Shown here piece by piece: positions 11,871 through 26,081 of a DNA stretch of 64,000 bases. Where the stretch lies: NCBI GenBank assembly GCA_047967505.1, contig CM106538.1. One strand, 5' to 3'. The DNA is from Dipteris shenzhenensis (Eukaryota). Both the position numbers and the translations under genes were made by a program. Every line of letters begins with the position of its first letter. Within the stretch, counting starts at the first letter, position 1. The notes beneath the pieces are model-generated. The model did not search any database. It had not been told where the DNA came from and worked only from the letters and a program-made list of their open reading frames with translations.

Positions 11871-13559
11871 AGGCTCGTGAGTAACCCACATGGTTGAAGT
11901 GCTATGGTTATTATGCAAGGAAGGCCTTGGATTCAATTCTTGCCCATATGACTAGAGGGCTACTCTTGTAATCATATAATTCTACACCCTAATTCCAATT
12001 CATGGATTCCCAATCGATCTACCCATACCACTAGTTCTAACAAATCCCAGACCACCTATCTAAACAAATACCATACCATTGGACTATCCTATTGACTTTA
12101 AACAAGCCCATAGTTCCCAATTCAAACTGATCTCAAACCAGTAGCCTTTCCAAAGAATCTTGAATTTTTCTACTAGCCACACTAACCCATAGCTTTTGGC
12201 ACATCCATAGAATCACCAAGGGATCGACCCACAATAGGCAGGTGAACCATTGGCCTCTCTACAGAACAAACTGGGTGTAATCCCCACAACCAACTAACTA
12301 CAACACATTTGACCTAATTGTGACCTACTCAATGGTGTAGCACAAAGACAAATAGTTACTCTACCACGTAGCATTTATGCAATTTCAAAAGTCATAAGAC
12401 TTGACTACATTGTAAAATTCCAGGACCATGAAAACATAGCACCACTATGCAAAACTTCTACTTATAGCTATGAAAACTAATTGCATTTCTAATGTCTTTA
12501 GAAATACTGATTAAGTTTGCAAGACTAACAACCAGGGATTTTTTTTAAACGTTTTTTTGGTAAAAATTCATTTAAAATGTTTTAAGTACCCAAAAAAGCA
12601 TACAAAATAATTTTTGGTCGCTTCTTTTAACTGACCAGGGGTGATCGGTCAACCAACTATTTACCGCATGGTATCAAACACTAACCACATGCTATGTCCC
12701 AATACCACCGCACAGTGCTCCCTCTATACTATGTGGTACCTTGGAGTATTGCGTGGTGTTAGATATCAATGATCCACTCTCCTGTAACTACGCGGGAACC
12801 AGCTAACTCTACTTGTAAGCCCCCCATATGAGAAGAAGGCATTTGAGTAGCTCGGTTATCCGGTAGGTCCTAGTTTGGACACCAAATGGAAGCCATGTGT
12901 GGCCTGATGGCTGGACGGCTTTAGATAGAGTAGGCACATGGCCAACTAGGCTACATGCAAGTGTGGGAAGGCATCCCTTGACTGACCGCACTGAGGGTAG
13001 ATGGAGCATTTCCCGGGGTAGCCCACTCTCAGGTTGCGAGGCCCGTTTGGAGCCTCAGATGATCCCAGATGGCTCTGGGCTGAACAGTGACCGCAAGATC
13101 AGTTGCTCTATTTTGCACACCAGTTCTATCATATGGTCGGTGGCCTATTTCGGCTGACTTCCAATCGACCATTTTGGGCAGACTGGGTCGGTCACCCAAT
13201 TGAGCCTAGCCGACTACGGCTGGTGGCTATATAAGAGCAAGCCCGTGAAGCCCATTTTGTCACTGGCTACAACAACCCTGATTCCTTAGCATCCAACCTC
13301 TGTCTTCTACTATTTCTAGCATGCCATCGAAGCTTCTTTCACAAGAGCGCACGGTTGGGAGGCAGCGCCATCTATTGTATTAGTTCTATAGTAATCAAAT
13401 TTTTGATTCTCCGTACTATCTTGTTTTCTCTCTTGCATACGAGATCTTGTTATCTGTTGAGCATAGACATTGTATTATTTTCTTACATGGTATCAGAGCC
13501 TGGACTCTAGCAAGAAGATTTGGTAGTGTGTTTCTGTTTTGCGAGTAGATTGTGAGAGA

Positions 13560-16435
13560 TGGCCTAGCCCACAAGACTGTGAATCCCACCATTCGGCGAA
13601 AGCAGAAAGTTGGACGGCTCTAACTATCCACTCTGGAAGTTCAAGATAAAGACCATTCTAAGTGCATACGAGCTTTAGGACACTGCTACTGGGGTGGACG
13701 TGAGGCCGGTTGCGAGACCAGATCTAGCCAATGTAGGACAATAGATAGTACCAACTATAGATGAGATTCTTGCATGAACAAGAAGAAATGCAGATGTGCT
13801 GTGTTCTATTGTCTACAGTGTTAATGATTCCATCATGGCATTAATTCAACATGTCACCCCAGTGGAGGAGGCATGGATGGTCTTGAAAAATCAATACGAG
13901 ACCATGAATCAGACACGGATTCAGAATCTAGAGACTCAACTCGTGAACGAGAAGTCGTTTGAGTCTGAAGCGGCAGAGAAGTTCATCACTAGGGTGAAGA
14001 ATCTGCACGATTAGATGACTGCGATTGGCATCACCATCACCAGCGAGAATCTAGCACCAAGGTGCATACGGATTCTCCCACCAAAGTACGATGGTCTTGT
14101 TACGGTGCTGAATACGTAGAACAGAAATCCACCCCTCAACTTTGAGGATTTCAGCGCGATGCTTCTAGAGGAGGAGATGCGTCAAAAGACGAGGACTGGA
14201 GAAGATTCAGCTTTCTGGACCGGTCAAAGAAAGGTAAGGGTAAGGACTCTAGTAACCCATCTTCTTCTGATGATAAAAAGAGAAAGAAGAAGATCAAGTG
14301 CTTCTATTGCAACAACGCAGGGCACAAGCAGAATGAGTGCCGAAAGAAGATTGCAGATGAGAAGAACGGAGTAAAGAAAGAGTCCAGCAACAGTGCGCAT
14401 AGGCAGTACTAGTAGAGCTGTTCATCGCAATTGAGGAGATTTGCATGGAGGCAATTCATGTACCTATGGATGAACCGTGGATCATTAACAGTGGTGCGTT
14501 GCGCCACATGACCAGTCGGAAGGATTGGTATACCTCTCTACAGTCCGTAGGGAATGACATCCTGGTAGCAGTCGGAAATGATGCAAAATGTCCAGCAAAA
14601 GGAAAAGGTACAATTGCTCTCAAAGTAGATGGAGTTGTAAAACAGTTGTCCGATGTTCTTTATGTGCCAGATATCAAGAGAAACTTGTCCGTTTCCGCGA
14701 TCACGAATCGGGACCTCAAAGTTCAATTCGATAAGAATGGTGCACAGATTCTGGATCTTCAAGGGAAGGTTATTGGTAAAGGTACACGGTGCAACAACAT
14801 TTACGAACTCTCAGCTTTCAGTGCTCGAGTGGATGTGAAGAACACTAAGTTGTGGCATGAGAGGTTTGGTCATCTAAACCTTAGTTCATTGAAGGAGATG
14901 CATAAAAGTGGAATGATTGCAGACCTACCAGAAATTTCAAATCTGCCCGATGTATGTGAAGCTTGCATGATGGGCAAGCAGCATCGACATCCATTTCCTA
15001 AAGAGGCCAGCAGCGCAAAGGCTCCTCTAGAGCTCGTTCACACGGACCTCTACAAAAATATGGAGACGGAAGCTTTGGGTGGTTCCTACTACTTCATGAC
15101 GCTGATCGATGACTACAGTAGAAGGATATGGATATACTTCCTAAAGACTAAAGATGAGGCTTTTAGTAGGTTCAAGGAATGGCATGTAATGGTTGAGAAA
15201 GAAACGAGGAGGAAGGTGAAGAAGTTGAGATCAGACAGAGGTAGAGAGTTCACATCAACTAAATTCGAAAGTTACTGCAAAAGTCACGGAATTAAGAGGC
15301 AGAAACCCCCACCACATACATCACAGCAAAATGGAGTAGCAGAATGCAAGATCCGCGTCATCTGTGAAATGGGCCAGAGTATGATGAAAGGGAAAGATTT
15401 GCCAAAGGCTTTATGGGCTGAAGCATGTAACACTGTAGTTTACATCCTGAATCGTAGCTCCACAAAGGCTGTGAACGGGATGACTCCACTGCAAGCTTTT
15501 TCTGGTAAGAAACCTTCAGTTGCACATTGCAGAGTTTTTGGATGTGAATGTTTTGTGCATGTCCCTGATGCTACCAAGACCAAATGGGAACCGAAGAGCC
15601 GGAAGTGTATTTTCTTGGGCTACAGTGAAGAGGCGAAGGGTGACCGTCTCTATAACCCTATTACCAAGAAGGTAATTGTAAGTCATGATGTGGTCTTCTC
15701 AGAACAGCCGCATCAATTAGAGGAGGATGCTTCCTTCCTAGACAACCAAGACAAGGATATCCATCCAGTACCGCCACCAATAGCAGACGAAACTCCCCCA
15801 ACAATGCTTGGGAGGATTCAAGACAAAGAAGATGAAGAAGAGCCTGCAGAACCACAACGGCAATGGCCATTCCCGAAGTGTGTAAAGCAGCTTTTGGATG
15901 GTAGAGAACCTCCAGCCATTGAGGAGGAACCATCCGTATACCACCGATCGAAGAGATTAGAGGAGCAAAAAAGGGTGTAGGAACACTTGGTCAACTATGC
16001 TTTGATGACAAAGTGATCCGTGCTGATGAACCCAAGTGTCTTGAAGAGGCACAAGGCGATGATAGGTGGATGGAGGCTATGCAGTCGGAGTATGGCTCCA
16101 TAGTGAAGAACAACATTGGGACCTTGTGGATTGACCACCAAAACGTAAGGTAATCAGAACCAAGTGGGTGTACAAGACCAAGTACAAGTCCAACAGCACG
16201 TTGGATAAGTACAAGGCTCGACTCATGGCAAAAGGATTTGCACAGGTAGATGGTTTTGATTATCAAGATACTTTTGCTCCCATAGCTGGACTAACCACAA
16301 TTCGCAGTGTTTTGGCTTTAGCTACCCAAGGAAGTTGGCCCGTGTTTCAGATGGATGTGAAATCTTCCTTTCTGAATGGAGATCTCAAGGAGGAGGTATA
16401 CGTGGAACAACCACCAGGTTTTGAGATCCCCGGTT
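13560..16435 (+). pseudogene. Copia A gag-protease-integrase and start of RT
   Basis: Gag homologous to 9055-9647; protease WIINSGALRHMT; LWHERFGH..CEAC; integrase IDDYSR/RSDRGREF/QQNGVAE; RT KARLMAKGF..QMDVKSSFLNG; several stops and frameshifts. Confidence 0.93.
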
Positions 16436-16780
16436 TGACAAAATATGAAGAGGGGAGAGGAGAAGAGAGGAGATGAGGAGAGAGGGCACAGCTAGAGAGC
16501 ACACCACAAATGACTAACTGTACACTAGAATTAGTTGAAAAAATAGAATATATACAAACCCTTTTAGGGTTAGGGTTAGGGGATCTAACCCTTTCCTTTA
16601 TAGCACTCTATAAGGTTAGTGCTATGCACATATGATCACGTGATGGTGCTATGCACACATGATCACATGATGTTGAGCGTGAACTCTCAACACCTTCCCT
16701 CAAGATCAACATCATGAAGTAGGCCTTCCCTCAAGATGATGATTCTGGGGAATCGAAGAAGGACTGAGCATTACATTCCA

Positions 16781-19700
16781 TCACACCCCTTTAATGGGAA
16801 TGTCCTTCCTCTGCATCAAACCAAGAGCTAGTCGGTGTTTCTCGAATAGCTCTTTACCGAGTGGTTTGGTAAAGATGTCTGCAACATTTTCTTTGCTATC
16901 ACAATGCTGCAGTGTGATTGATGAAGTGCTCTCTGACATCAATGTGCTTTGTTCTGGAGTGATATACTGGATTTTTGGCCAATGCTTGAGCCGATTGATT
17001 ATCACAGTATATTGTTGTTGGCTTTGACTCATCAAAGTAATCTGTTTCTGACAATAGTCTTCTGAGCCATATAGCCTCACATGCACCTGTAGTGAGTGCC
17101 CTATATTCTGCTTCAGTTGAAGACAAAGAAACAGTTGGCTGTTTGTTTGTTGACAACCATGATATAGCACCTTGACCAAGGAAAAATGCATATCCCTGTG
17201 TCGATCTCCTGGTCTCATGATCTCCAGCATAGTCACTATCACAGTATCCATGCAACCGTGGATGACTTCCTCTGTATTCTATCCCAAACTGTCTTGTACC
17301 TCTGATGTATCTCAAGACTCTTTTGGCTGCATTCCAGTGAGACTGTTTTGGATTTGCCATAAACTGTGCTAGTGAGCTTACTGCATAACAAATATCTGGC
17401 CGTGTGATTGTCAGATATATAAGAGATCCAATGAGTTGCCTGTAGTATCTGTCATTGACTGTAGGCTTTTCTGAATCTTTAGTAAGTTTCAAACTCTGTT
17501 CCATGAGAGTGGCTGCAATCTTGCAATCTGCCATATGAAACTTCTTCAGGAGACTGTCAACATATTTGAGCTGACTCATTGTGCTATCGGAATCTCTCCA
17601 GAACTCAATTCCAAGACAATAGTGCATAAGTCCAAGATCTTTCATGTCGAACTCTGCAGATAAGTCTTGTTTTAATTTTCTGATGAAGCTATCCTTGCTT
17701 CCTGTCACAATGAGATCATCTACGTACAAAAGTGCAATAGTAATATCTTCCCCTTGAACTTTGTAGTAGAGAGTATGATCTGCATTGGACTTCATGTATC
17801 CCAGATCAGCAAAATACTTGTCAATTCTGCTGTACCAACTTCTGGGTGCTTGCTTTAAGCCGTAGAGACTTCTCTTGAGATGGCAAACCTTGTTCTCTTG
17901 TCCTGGTTCAACATAACCGGCTGGTTGTTGCATGTAGACATCCTCTTCTAGATAACCATTGAGAAATGCATTCTTGACATCGAGCTGATACACATTCCAT
18001 TTACTGAGTGTCGCTAGTGATATCAAGAACCGTATGGAATCCATCTTTGCTACTGGAGCATAAGTCTCATCATAATCTTGGCCATATTGTTGTGCAAATC
18101 CTTTTGCAACTAATCTGGCTTTGTATCTCTGAATACTGCCATCTGGATTGTACTTCACTTTGTATACCCATTTGTTGGCTATGGCCTTCTTTCCTGGTGG
18201 AAGGTCGCATAATTCCCAAGTGTTATTTTTATACAAAGCATCCATTTCTTCATTCATAGCAGTTTGCCATTCTGGCTTATCTACTGCGTCTTCGAAGTAC
18301 ACTGGCTCTTCTGTAGCCATGATGGTAGTCATAAGAGCATAGTTGGTGGTTTCCACCTGAATTGCTTTGCCTTTTTGAGCATATGTCAATCTGGCTGGTG
18401 GTCTGCTTTCCCTAGTAGACCGTCTCAGCTGCTGTGGCACTGCTTGGGGTGTTGCTGGCAATTCTTGCTCTTCTTCATCAACCTGTTCTGTAGATGACTG
18501 TGAAGTCGATGCTTCTATCTCCTGTGTAGGTGAGGTTTTCCATTCTGATTCCTCATCAAAGATTACATCTCTGGAGATAATGACTTTGCGGTTGATGGGA
18601 TCATACAATTTGTATGCTTTGCTTTCTTCACTGTAGCCAACCATGATGCATTTGCGTGACTTCGCATCCAATTTCCTACGATGATCATCATGTATGTGGG
18701 CATATGCTATGCAACCAAATATGCGGAGATGCCCAATGCGTGGCTTTTGGCCAGTGAATGCTTCATAAGGAGTCATACCTTGTATCGGTTCGGTAGGAAG
18801 CCGATTAAGCAAGTAGTTAGCTGTAGCTATTGCTTCTGCCCAATATTGATTTGGAAGATGCTTTTCACTAAGCATTGCTCTAGCACTGTCTGCTAAAGTC
18901 CCATTCTTCCTTTCAGCTATTGCATTTTGCTGAGGAGTATCTGCACATGTGAATTGTCTTCGAATGCCGTGAGTTTTGCAAAAGTTGATGAAGGCTGAAG
19001 ACATGTATTCACCTCCTCTGTCTGATCTCATGACCTTGATCTTTCTGCCTGTTTGGTTTTCTACCATGGCTTTGAATTCTTGAAATCTGGCAAACACTTC
19101 AGATTTCTCTTTCAGAAAGTAGACCCAACAATATCTGCTGTAGTCGTCGATGAAGGTCAAGTAATAAAGTGAACCATTGATGCTGCGGGTCTGGGCATAA
19201 CCCCATACATCTGTATGAATTAAATCAAGAATACCTCATGCACGAGAGGTACTTCTGACAAAGTTGGTTCGCTTTTGTTTGCCGAAGCAGCATGCTTCAC
19301 AAACCTTTCCAAGAAACTGTAGCTTCGGAATCCCAATTGCCATATTTTGATTCCTGAGATCTAACAAGTACTTGAAGTTGACATGACCATATCTCTTGTG
19401 CCATTTTGCGGATAGTGGCATTTGTTGCATTTGAGCTGACATGGCATGCTTATCTGGTACTGTAGCTAGCATCCTGTATAAGCGTCCTTCCTTGACACCT
19501 TTTGCTACTAGCTGACCTCTTTTGGATTTGTCTCTGATAGTGCATTCATCACCGTCGAAGATGACTTTGTAGTTGTGTTCCGTCATTTGACCTACTGACA
19601 AAAGGTTCTTGCTGAGCTTCGGAACATAGAGCACATCTTTGACTAATCCTTTTGTACCAGTGAAATTGTTCATAGGGATAACACCTGTCCCTTGAACCGG

Positions 19701-21029
19701 ATTCGGTGTATTGTCTGCTGTGTAGATGACATTATTTTGACCTTCTAATGGCTTCATTTCTGTGAACCATTCCTGATGATTTGTCATATGAGATGATGCA
19801 CCGCTGTCGATGTACCAAGGATCCTGTTCCACTTGGTCGACTTGATAGCTGAAATCCTCTTTGGGATTGAAATCAGTGTCTAGGTACATTATTGTATCAG
19901 TCTGATGCAATTCCTCACTTGCAAGAAACATATTTCCATGTTCATTTGCAAAATGATTGTGACTAGAATGTCCACCACGATGATTTCCTCTTCCTCGGGA
20001 ATTCCCTCGATTACTGCTGGATTGACCACCTTGGTCATACTGCTTCTTGCGGCAATCTCTTTCATAGTGTCCAAACTTGTGACAATAGTTGCATTGAATG
20101 TTTGACACATTGGTGGATGCATTCCCTCGTCCTTGGAATCTTCCTCTGTTGGAATGATTTCCTCTTTGCTAATTTTGATGTTGCTGAGGATGCTGCTGAT
20201 GCTGGTGCTGATTCTGACTTTGATTTTGTTGATGATGATGACCACTTTTCTGATATGATCTACCTCTGTTTCTGCCTTTGCCTCTGCTTCTGTCTGAAGC
20301 TGTGAATGCTTGATCATTAGAATGACCTTTACGTGCTTGAATGGCCTGAGTCCTGAGTTCTTCACCAAGTAGAACTGACTGAAGTTCTTCAAGTGTTGGA
20401 ATTTGCCGTTGGATGGCAATACTCTGGACTAGATTCTCATATCCTTCTCCTAGTCCATTCAGGATTACTTGAACCATTTCTGCGGGATTCATAGTTTCTC
20501 CTGCTACTGCAAGTTGATTGTTGTAGTCTTTAATGCGGAGTACATAAGCATGACCGGTTTCATTGCTATTGCGGAAACTCTGGTTGATCTGGTTTCTCAG
20601 GGTGAGAATCCTGGATGTGTTCTTGGACTCGTAGAGAGCTGCGAACATATCCCATGCTTCTTTTGATGTCTTAACTGTGTTGAGCTGTCCTAGCATGACA
20701 TCTTGCACATTCTGCTTGATCAGGTGATAGGCATACTTGTCTTTCTTATCCCATTCTGCTTGAGCTCGGGCAATGGCAGGATCTGCTATTGGTGCGGAAA
20801 CTATTTGTGTAGATGTAGATCCCGATGTAGATCCCGTTGCTGGTGCTGTGACAACAGATGGAGTAGAGCTACTGGTGGCTGGATCGGCCAATGGTCTAGG
20901 TATGGATCCATCGACATACTCCCATTTGTCGTGAAGCACAAGAATGGTCTCCATTCGGTATTTCCATGTACCATAATTGGAGTTGTCTAACTTAGCAGAT
21001 GCCTCCAGATTGAGGTTGCTAGTTGACAT
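16781..21029 (-). pseudogene. Copia C gag-pol polyprotein with two in-frame stops and a 3' frameshift
   Basis: ORFs 20169-21029, 19236-20108 and 16899-19160 share one frame. Motifs: zinc knuckle CNYCHKFGHYERDC, WYIDSGAS, integrase core, LYVDD, RNase H DSDYAG/IYCDNQSA; ADIFTKPL lies in a shifted frame. Confidence 0.96.
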
Positions 21030-21799
21030 GGTGCAAACAATGTACTCAAAAGTGTCCTGAAAAACTCTGTATGAATCAACTGCAAATACACTGAAGATGC
21101 CAAGTGAAATCTCTGTACCGTCGGTGAAGATAGAACTGCAGTAAATAAGATCTGCCCTGTGTTACAAGGCTTGTGGCAATGATGCCAGGAATAGCCAAGA
21201 GGCTTTACAAGGCTGAAAAATGATGTGCACGATGCCGTGAGATAGCCAAATAGGCTTTACAATGGTGGCATGTGTGTGTGAAATCAAGTGCTATCTGCCC
21301 ACTGAATCAATCTGCAATGCCTCTGAACTCTAAAGTCTGCTCACTGAACTGATGAACGTAAGGTTTTAGGTAATGTAATGATGTGAAATCGGATGTGAGC
21401 GTATGGACTGACTCCGAGTAGGTACTAGTCGGGAATTTCGGGCATGGCTTAGATTGGCAACTTGGGGAATTCAAAGCGTCCCCTCTATGGCGATCTAGTC
21501 TACTCTGATCTAGATCTAAACCAACCATCGATCGATGAAAGAGCAGCAAATAATTCCTTTTCCTTTGTTCTTTTTAAGTGCTGGGTCAGATGCGTCGATG
21601 TAGAGGCAAATGTGCGTGAAGGAAGTGGTTTTGTCGGCGAAGCTCAAATGTGAGTGTAACTTGCGCCGAAATGTGCGCGTGATGTAACGAGCGCGTAGAG
21701 CATGAAAAATCGAGCGACTTTCCTTTTTGGAGCACCCTCAAATTCTTCCTGGATCAAGAGATATGACTTGATCTAGGTGGAGGGGCAAAAGGAGTGCAA

Positions 21800-22292
21800 A
21801 TGGTGCTCAATGATGATGTGTCACTATGAGTCACATGCAGTGATGATGTGGCACTGTGCTTAGCAAGAGGTGTGCCAGTGAAGCTCTGTGCTGAGGTGGC
21901 AGGAGTGTGCACATGCAGTGTGTGCACAGTGTGCCTGGCAAGGGACTGTGCCTGCAGAGGTCAGTGCTGACTGGACTGCTGAGGTGGCACTGATGATGTC
22001 AGCAGGGTGATGTGGCAATGTTGACGTGGCACTGATGATGTGGCATAGGTGACGTGGCATTGATGATGTGGCAGTGCTGACGTGGCAGATGTGCTGATGT
22101 GGTTGATGACATGGCACTGCTGATGTGGCAAATGATGTGGCAGTGCTGACGTGGCAGTGATGACATGGCAGCTGACATGGTAGTGATGACGTGGTAGTGT
22201 GGATAGGCTGATGACATGGCAGATAGGATTGACACGTGTCAAGATAATGTGGTGACGTGGCACGTGGGTAGGATAAGGTTGCCACGTGGCAC
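21800..22292. repeat. Degenerate array of TGACGTGGCA/TGATGTGGCA units in the copia C leader
   Basis: Many 10-20 bp spaced units, including at least six intact ACGTGGC cores. Confidence 0.85.
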
Positions 22293-23985
22293 AAATTTGG
22301 CCAACCAAACCTAACCCAAGTAAACTTGATTGTACCAACCTAGCATGGTTATCTGAACCTAACCGTAGTTATATGTTATCCGCCACGTGTTGATTTCTGG
22401 AGGATCGGAATCTATGAAAGATTCTGATGGAATCTTGGAGATTCCGTCTCCCTGCGGATTTCCATCGATGGGCTGGAGGCGTTGAAGCCGTCGGTTGGCT
22501 TGCTGAAGGCTTTCGTTGGAGGTCGCCCTGCTTGTGGGCTGTTGAGCGTTGAAGCTTGTGTTTGTAGATGGAGCAGTGGAGACCGTGGAGGGAGGCTGCC
22601 ACTACTATATTGGCGTTGCGGATGGAGGTCGGCTGTAGGCCTTCGTTAGTCGTTGAGGCCTAGGCGCAGTTGCTGCTGCGGTGCTTGCTTCCGGCTGTAT
22701 GTGGCGCTTAAGGTAGTTCGTTGGGGCTTGGGATGAGGTTGCCTTATCAGGCTTCGTGGCATTGTGGCTCTGTCATGCGGACTGGCAATCTTTTTGAGCC
22801 GCTTGCATGGCCGTAAGAGGCTGTTGTTAGCCATTGAAGGCAAGGCGTGGATTGCTTGTTGGGTCGAGGCCGGCAGGAGCTAGGGATCACAGCTGATGTC
22901 GATGAAGTCATTGATGGCATCGCTTGAAGATGGCCGAGCTCGGTGTTGCAAAGTCGCTGTAGGGCGGCCGTCTAGGAGTCGCGGCTACGGGACTATTGTA
23001 GGAGACACCATTGCAGTCGCGCATCGTAGAGCAAAGGCTGGAGATGCTTGCTCGTTGGTGCTATTATTTAGGAGGTCGTGGTCGTGTCGCTGGAGGGCTA
23101 TCACAGAGACTGTTGTCGCTCGTAGTCGCTCGTCGTTGATGGAGCTTAGGAGCCGCTGGTGCAACGAGAGCCGCTGTTGTAGAGGTCGTCGAGGAGGTGC
23201 AGCTTTGTATGTCAATACTTGGAGAGGTGGCTTGCATGGGCAGTTTTGAAGCGTTGCCCGTGAGCCCGTGAACCCGACGGGTCAAAGCTTGGAGAAGCAG
23301 GCCGTCGTGGATGAGCCCTCGCTGAGAACACTATGCATAGAGAGCCTTATTTGTTGTAGGCATGTAGTCAAGGTCTTGGAGACTTGGCGAGCATGCAAGG
23401 GCTGATGCGCCTCAGGTATGCAGTCGTTGAGGGAGTCTAAGAACTCTTTCTCACAGATATCTCAAAACCTCTCTCTCTTTCACACAATCTCTCAGAGTGG
23501 ATGGAAACTTTCTCTCTATTTCTCTTAAGAAGAAGAATCAAATCTCTCACAAACTCTTGAAGGAGATGAACGGAAATATCTCACCAAATGGACGGAATTT
23601 TCTCTCAACGGAAGTGAAGGGAAGGATCTCACAATCACTCAAGAGAACTCTCAATCTCACAATCTCTCTCACACTCTCAAGAATCACAATGTCTCAACGG
23701 AAGACAAGGGAGCTCTGATACCATGACAAAATATGAAGAGGGGAGAGGAGAAGAGTGGAGATGAGGAGAGAGGGCACAGCTAGAGAGCACACCACAAATG
23801 ACTAACTGTACACTAGAATTAGTTGAAAAAATAGAATATATACAAACCCTTTTAGGGTTAGGGTTAGGGGATCTAACCCTTTCCTTTATAGCACTCTATA
23901 AGGTTAGTGCTATGCACATATGATCACGTGATGGTGCTATGCACACATGATCACATGATGTTGAGCGTGAACTCTCAACACGGTT

Positions 23986-25092
23986 TAAAAGGTAAAGTCA
24001 ACAAACTGAAGAAGGCACTTTGTGGGCTGAAACACGTCCCACGAGCATGGTACCAGTGAATTGATGCCTACTTTTTGCAAAACGGGTTTAGAAGGAGCCC
24101 ATCTAATGCGAATTTGTATATCTTTAGAGAAGGAGATAGGTGTATGATCATGGTCCTTTATGTGGACGACCTTGTCATAACAGGGAACCATGAAGAGAAT
24201 ATCTCACAGACGAAGCATTTGCTAGGAAGAGAGTTTGAAATGACTGATGCATTTCTATTTTGGGATTGAAGTTTGGCAGGAGCCAAAAAAAATCTTCATT
24301 TCACAGCGGAAGTATGCTAGAGAGATACTGAAGGCATTTGGCATGGCTGAGTGCAAGACAGTTGGTACCCCTATATATGGAGGTTGATGTGAAGCTCTCA
24401 AACGAGGATTCATCACCACTAGTGGATGAAGCGAAGTACAGAAGGCTTGTGGGTAGCTTGATTTACCTATGCAACACACGGCCAGACATCAGTTTTGCAA
24501 CTGGTATACTAAGCAAGTTTTCCAATAAGCCCCAGGAGAACCATTGGAAGGCAGGGATGTGGGTGCTGAAATACATCAAAGGCACACTTGATTATGGCAT
24601 CACCTATACCAAGGGCAACATCTTGACCGGATCTGTGAGTCGGATTGGGCAGGAGACGTGGAGAGTAGGAGATCAGTGACAGGTTATTGTTTCTCACTTC
24701 GATCTGGAGTTGTGTCATGGGTCAGCAAGAAGCAACCCACAGTTTCTCTTTCTTCTACCGAGGCCGAGTACAAATCTGCATGCTTTGCTTCTTGCGAGGC
24801 AGTGTGGTTGAGGAGGATTTTGGAGGACATGGGTGCAGTGTAGAACAAGCCTGTGCAGTTATCATGTGACAATCAGAGTTGCATGGTGATTGCAAAGAAC
24901 CCAGTGTTTCACACTTGCACAAAACACATTAAGATTCAATATCACTTTGTACGCGAGCTCATCATGGATGGAGAGGTCGACTTGGTGTACTGTCCGACTA
25001 TAGAGAATGCTGCAGACATCTTCACGAAGGCTCTTGGAAGAGACTTGCTGGAGAGGCATTTTCATCGACTTGGAATTGGGCTGAAAAAGTAA
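23986..25092 (+). pseudogene. Copia A RT (remainder) and RNase H
   Basis: Resumes after the TSD: KLKKALCGLK, LYVDDL, TRPDISF, SWVSKKQ, CDNQS, AADIFTKAL. Confidence 0.93.
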
Positions 25093-26081
25093 GTTCACTT
25101 GTGGGTGGACATTGAGGGGGGGTGTTAGATATCAATGCTCCACTCTCATGTAACTACGCAGGAACCAACTAACTCTACTTGTAAGCCCCCATATGAGGAG
25201 AAGGCATTTGAGTAGCTCGGTTATCCAGTAGGTCTTGGTTTGGACACTAGATGGGGGCCATGTGTGGCCTAATGGCTAGATGGCTTTAGATAGAGTTGGC
25301 ACACTGCCAACTAGGCTACATGCAAGTGCAGGAAGGCATCCCTTGATTGACCGCACTGAGGGTAGATGGAGCATTTCCCGGGGCAGCCCACTCTCGGGTT
25401 GCGGGGCCCGTTTGGAGCCTCAGATAATCTCGGATGGCTTTAGGCCGAACGGTGATCATAGGTCAGTTGCTCTGTTTTGTGTACCGGTTCTATCATATGG
25501 TCGGTGGCCTATCCGACCCCCAATTGGGCCTATCGACTGTTTTGGGCAGACTAGGGCGGTCACCCAATTGAGCCTAGCCAACTACGACTAGTGGCTATAT
25601 AAGAGCAAGCCTGTGAAGCCCATTTCATCACTGGATACAGCAACCCTGATTCCTTAGCATCCAGCCTCCGTGTTCTACTGTTTACAGCATGCCATCGAAG
25701 CTTCTTTCACAGGAGCGCATGGTTGGGAGGCAGCGCCATCTATTGTATCAGTTCTACAGTAATCAAAATTTTGATTCTCCATTCTATCTTGTTTTCTCTC
25801 TTGCTTACGAGATCCTATTATCTGTTGAGCACAGACATTGTATTATTTTCTTACACGTGGTACCACTTATATACCGCATGGTACCCCAAAAGAAATCAGC
25901 GCATGCCATGTGGCCATGCAATACCAGTGGGGTACCGCATGGTACCCCCAATTGGAGGTATATAAAAAATGGCCCCCACTACGTTTTTACCACATTTGGT
26001 GCACAGTTTACCATCTAGCACTTTCATAGAAGCTTTTTAGTGAGCTTTTGCCCATGTTTCAAGGTTTTTTTTTGTCTTTTT

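Larger units (their letters stand above)
16436..23980 (-). mobile_element. Ty1/copia family C, young nested insertion with a long 5' leader
   Basis: 257-bp LTRs at 16436-16692 and 23724-23980, nearly identical (one difference seen); TSD CGGTT; iMet PBS 23712-23723 (minus strand); PPT next to 16693. Confidence 0.97.
12757..25855 (+). mobile_element. Ty1/copia family A, full-length decayed element hosting a nested insertion at 16436-23980
   Basis: LTRs 12757-13487 and 25123-25855, TSD CGTGG on both sides, iMet PBS 13488-13499, PPT before 25123. Confidence 0.96.

Noticed and set aside
20160-20175. Programmed stop-codon readthrough between gag and pol
   Set aside because: The context TAG CAA AGA does not fit CARYYA, the stop lies before the zinc knuckle in a Gln-rich run, and CAG>TAG decay is simpler.
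21860-22338. Cys/His-rich metallothionein-like ORFs
   Set aside because: Translation of the TGACGTGGCA repeat array.
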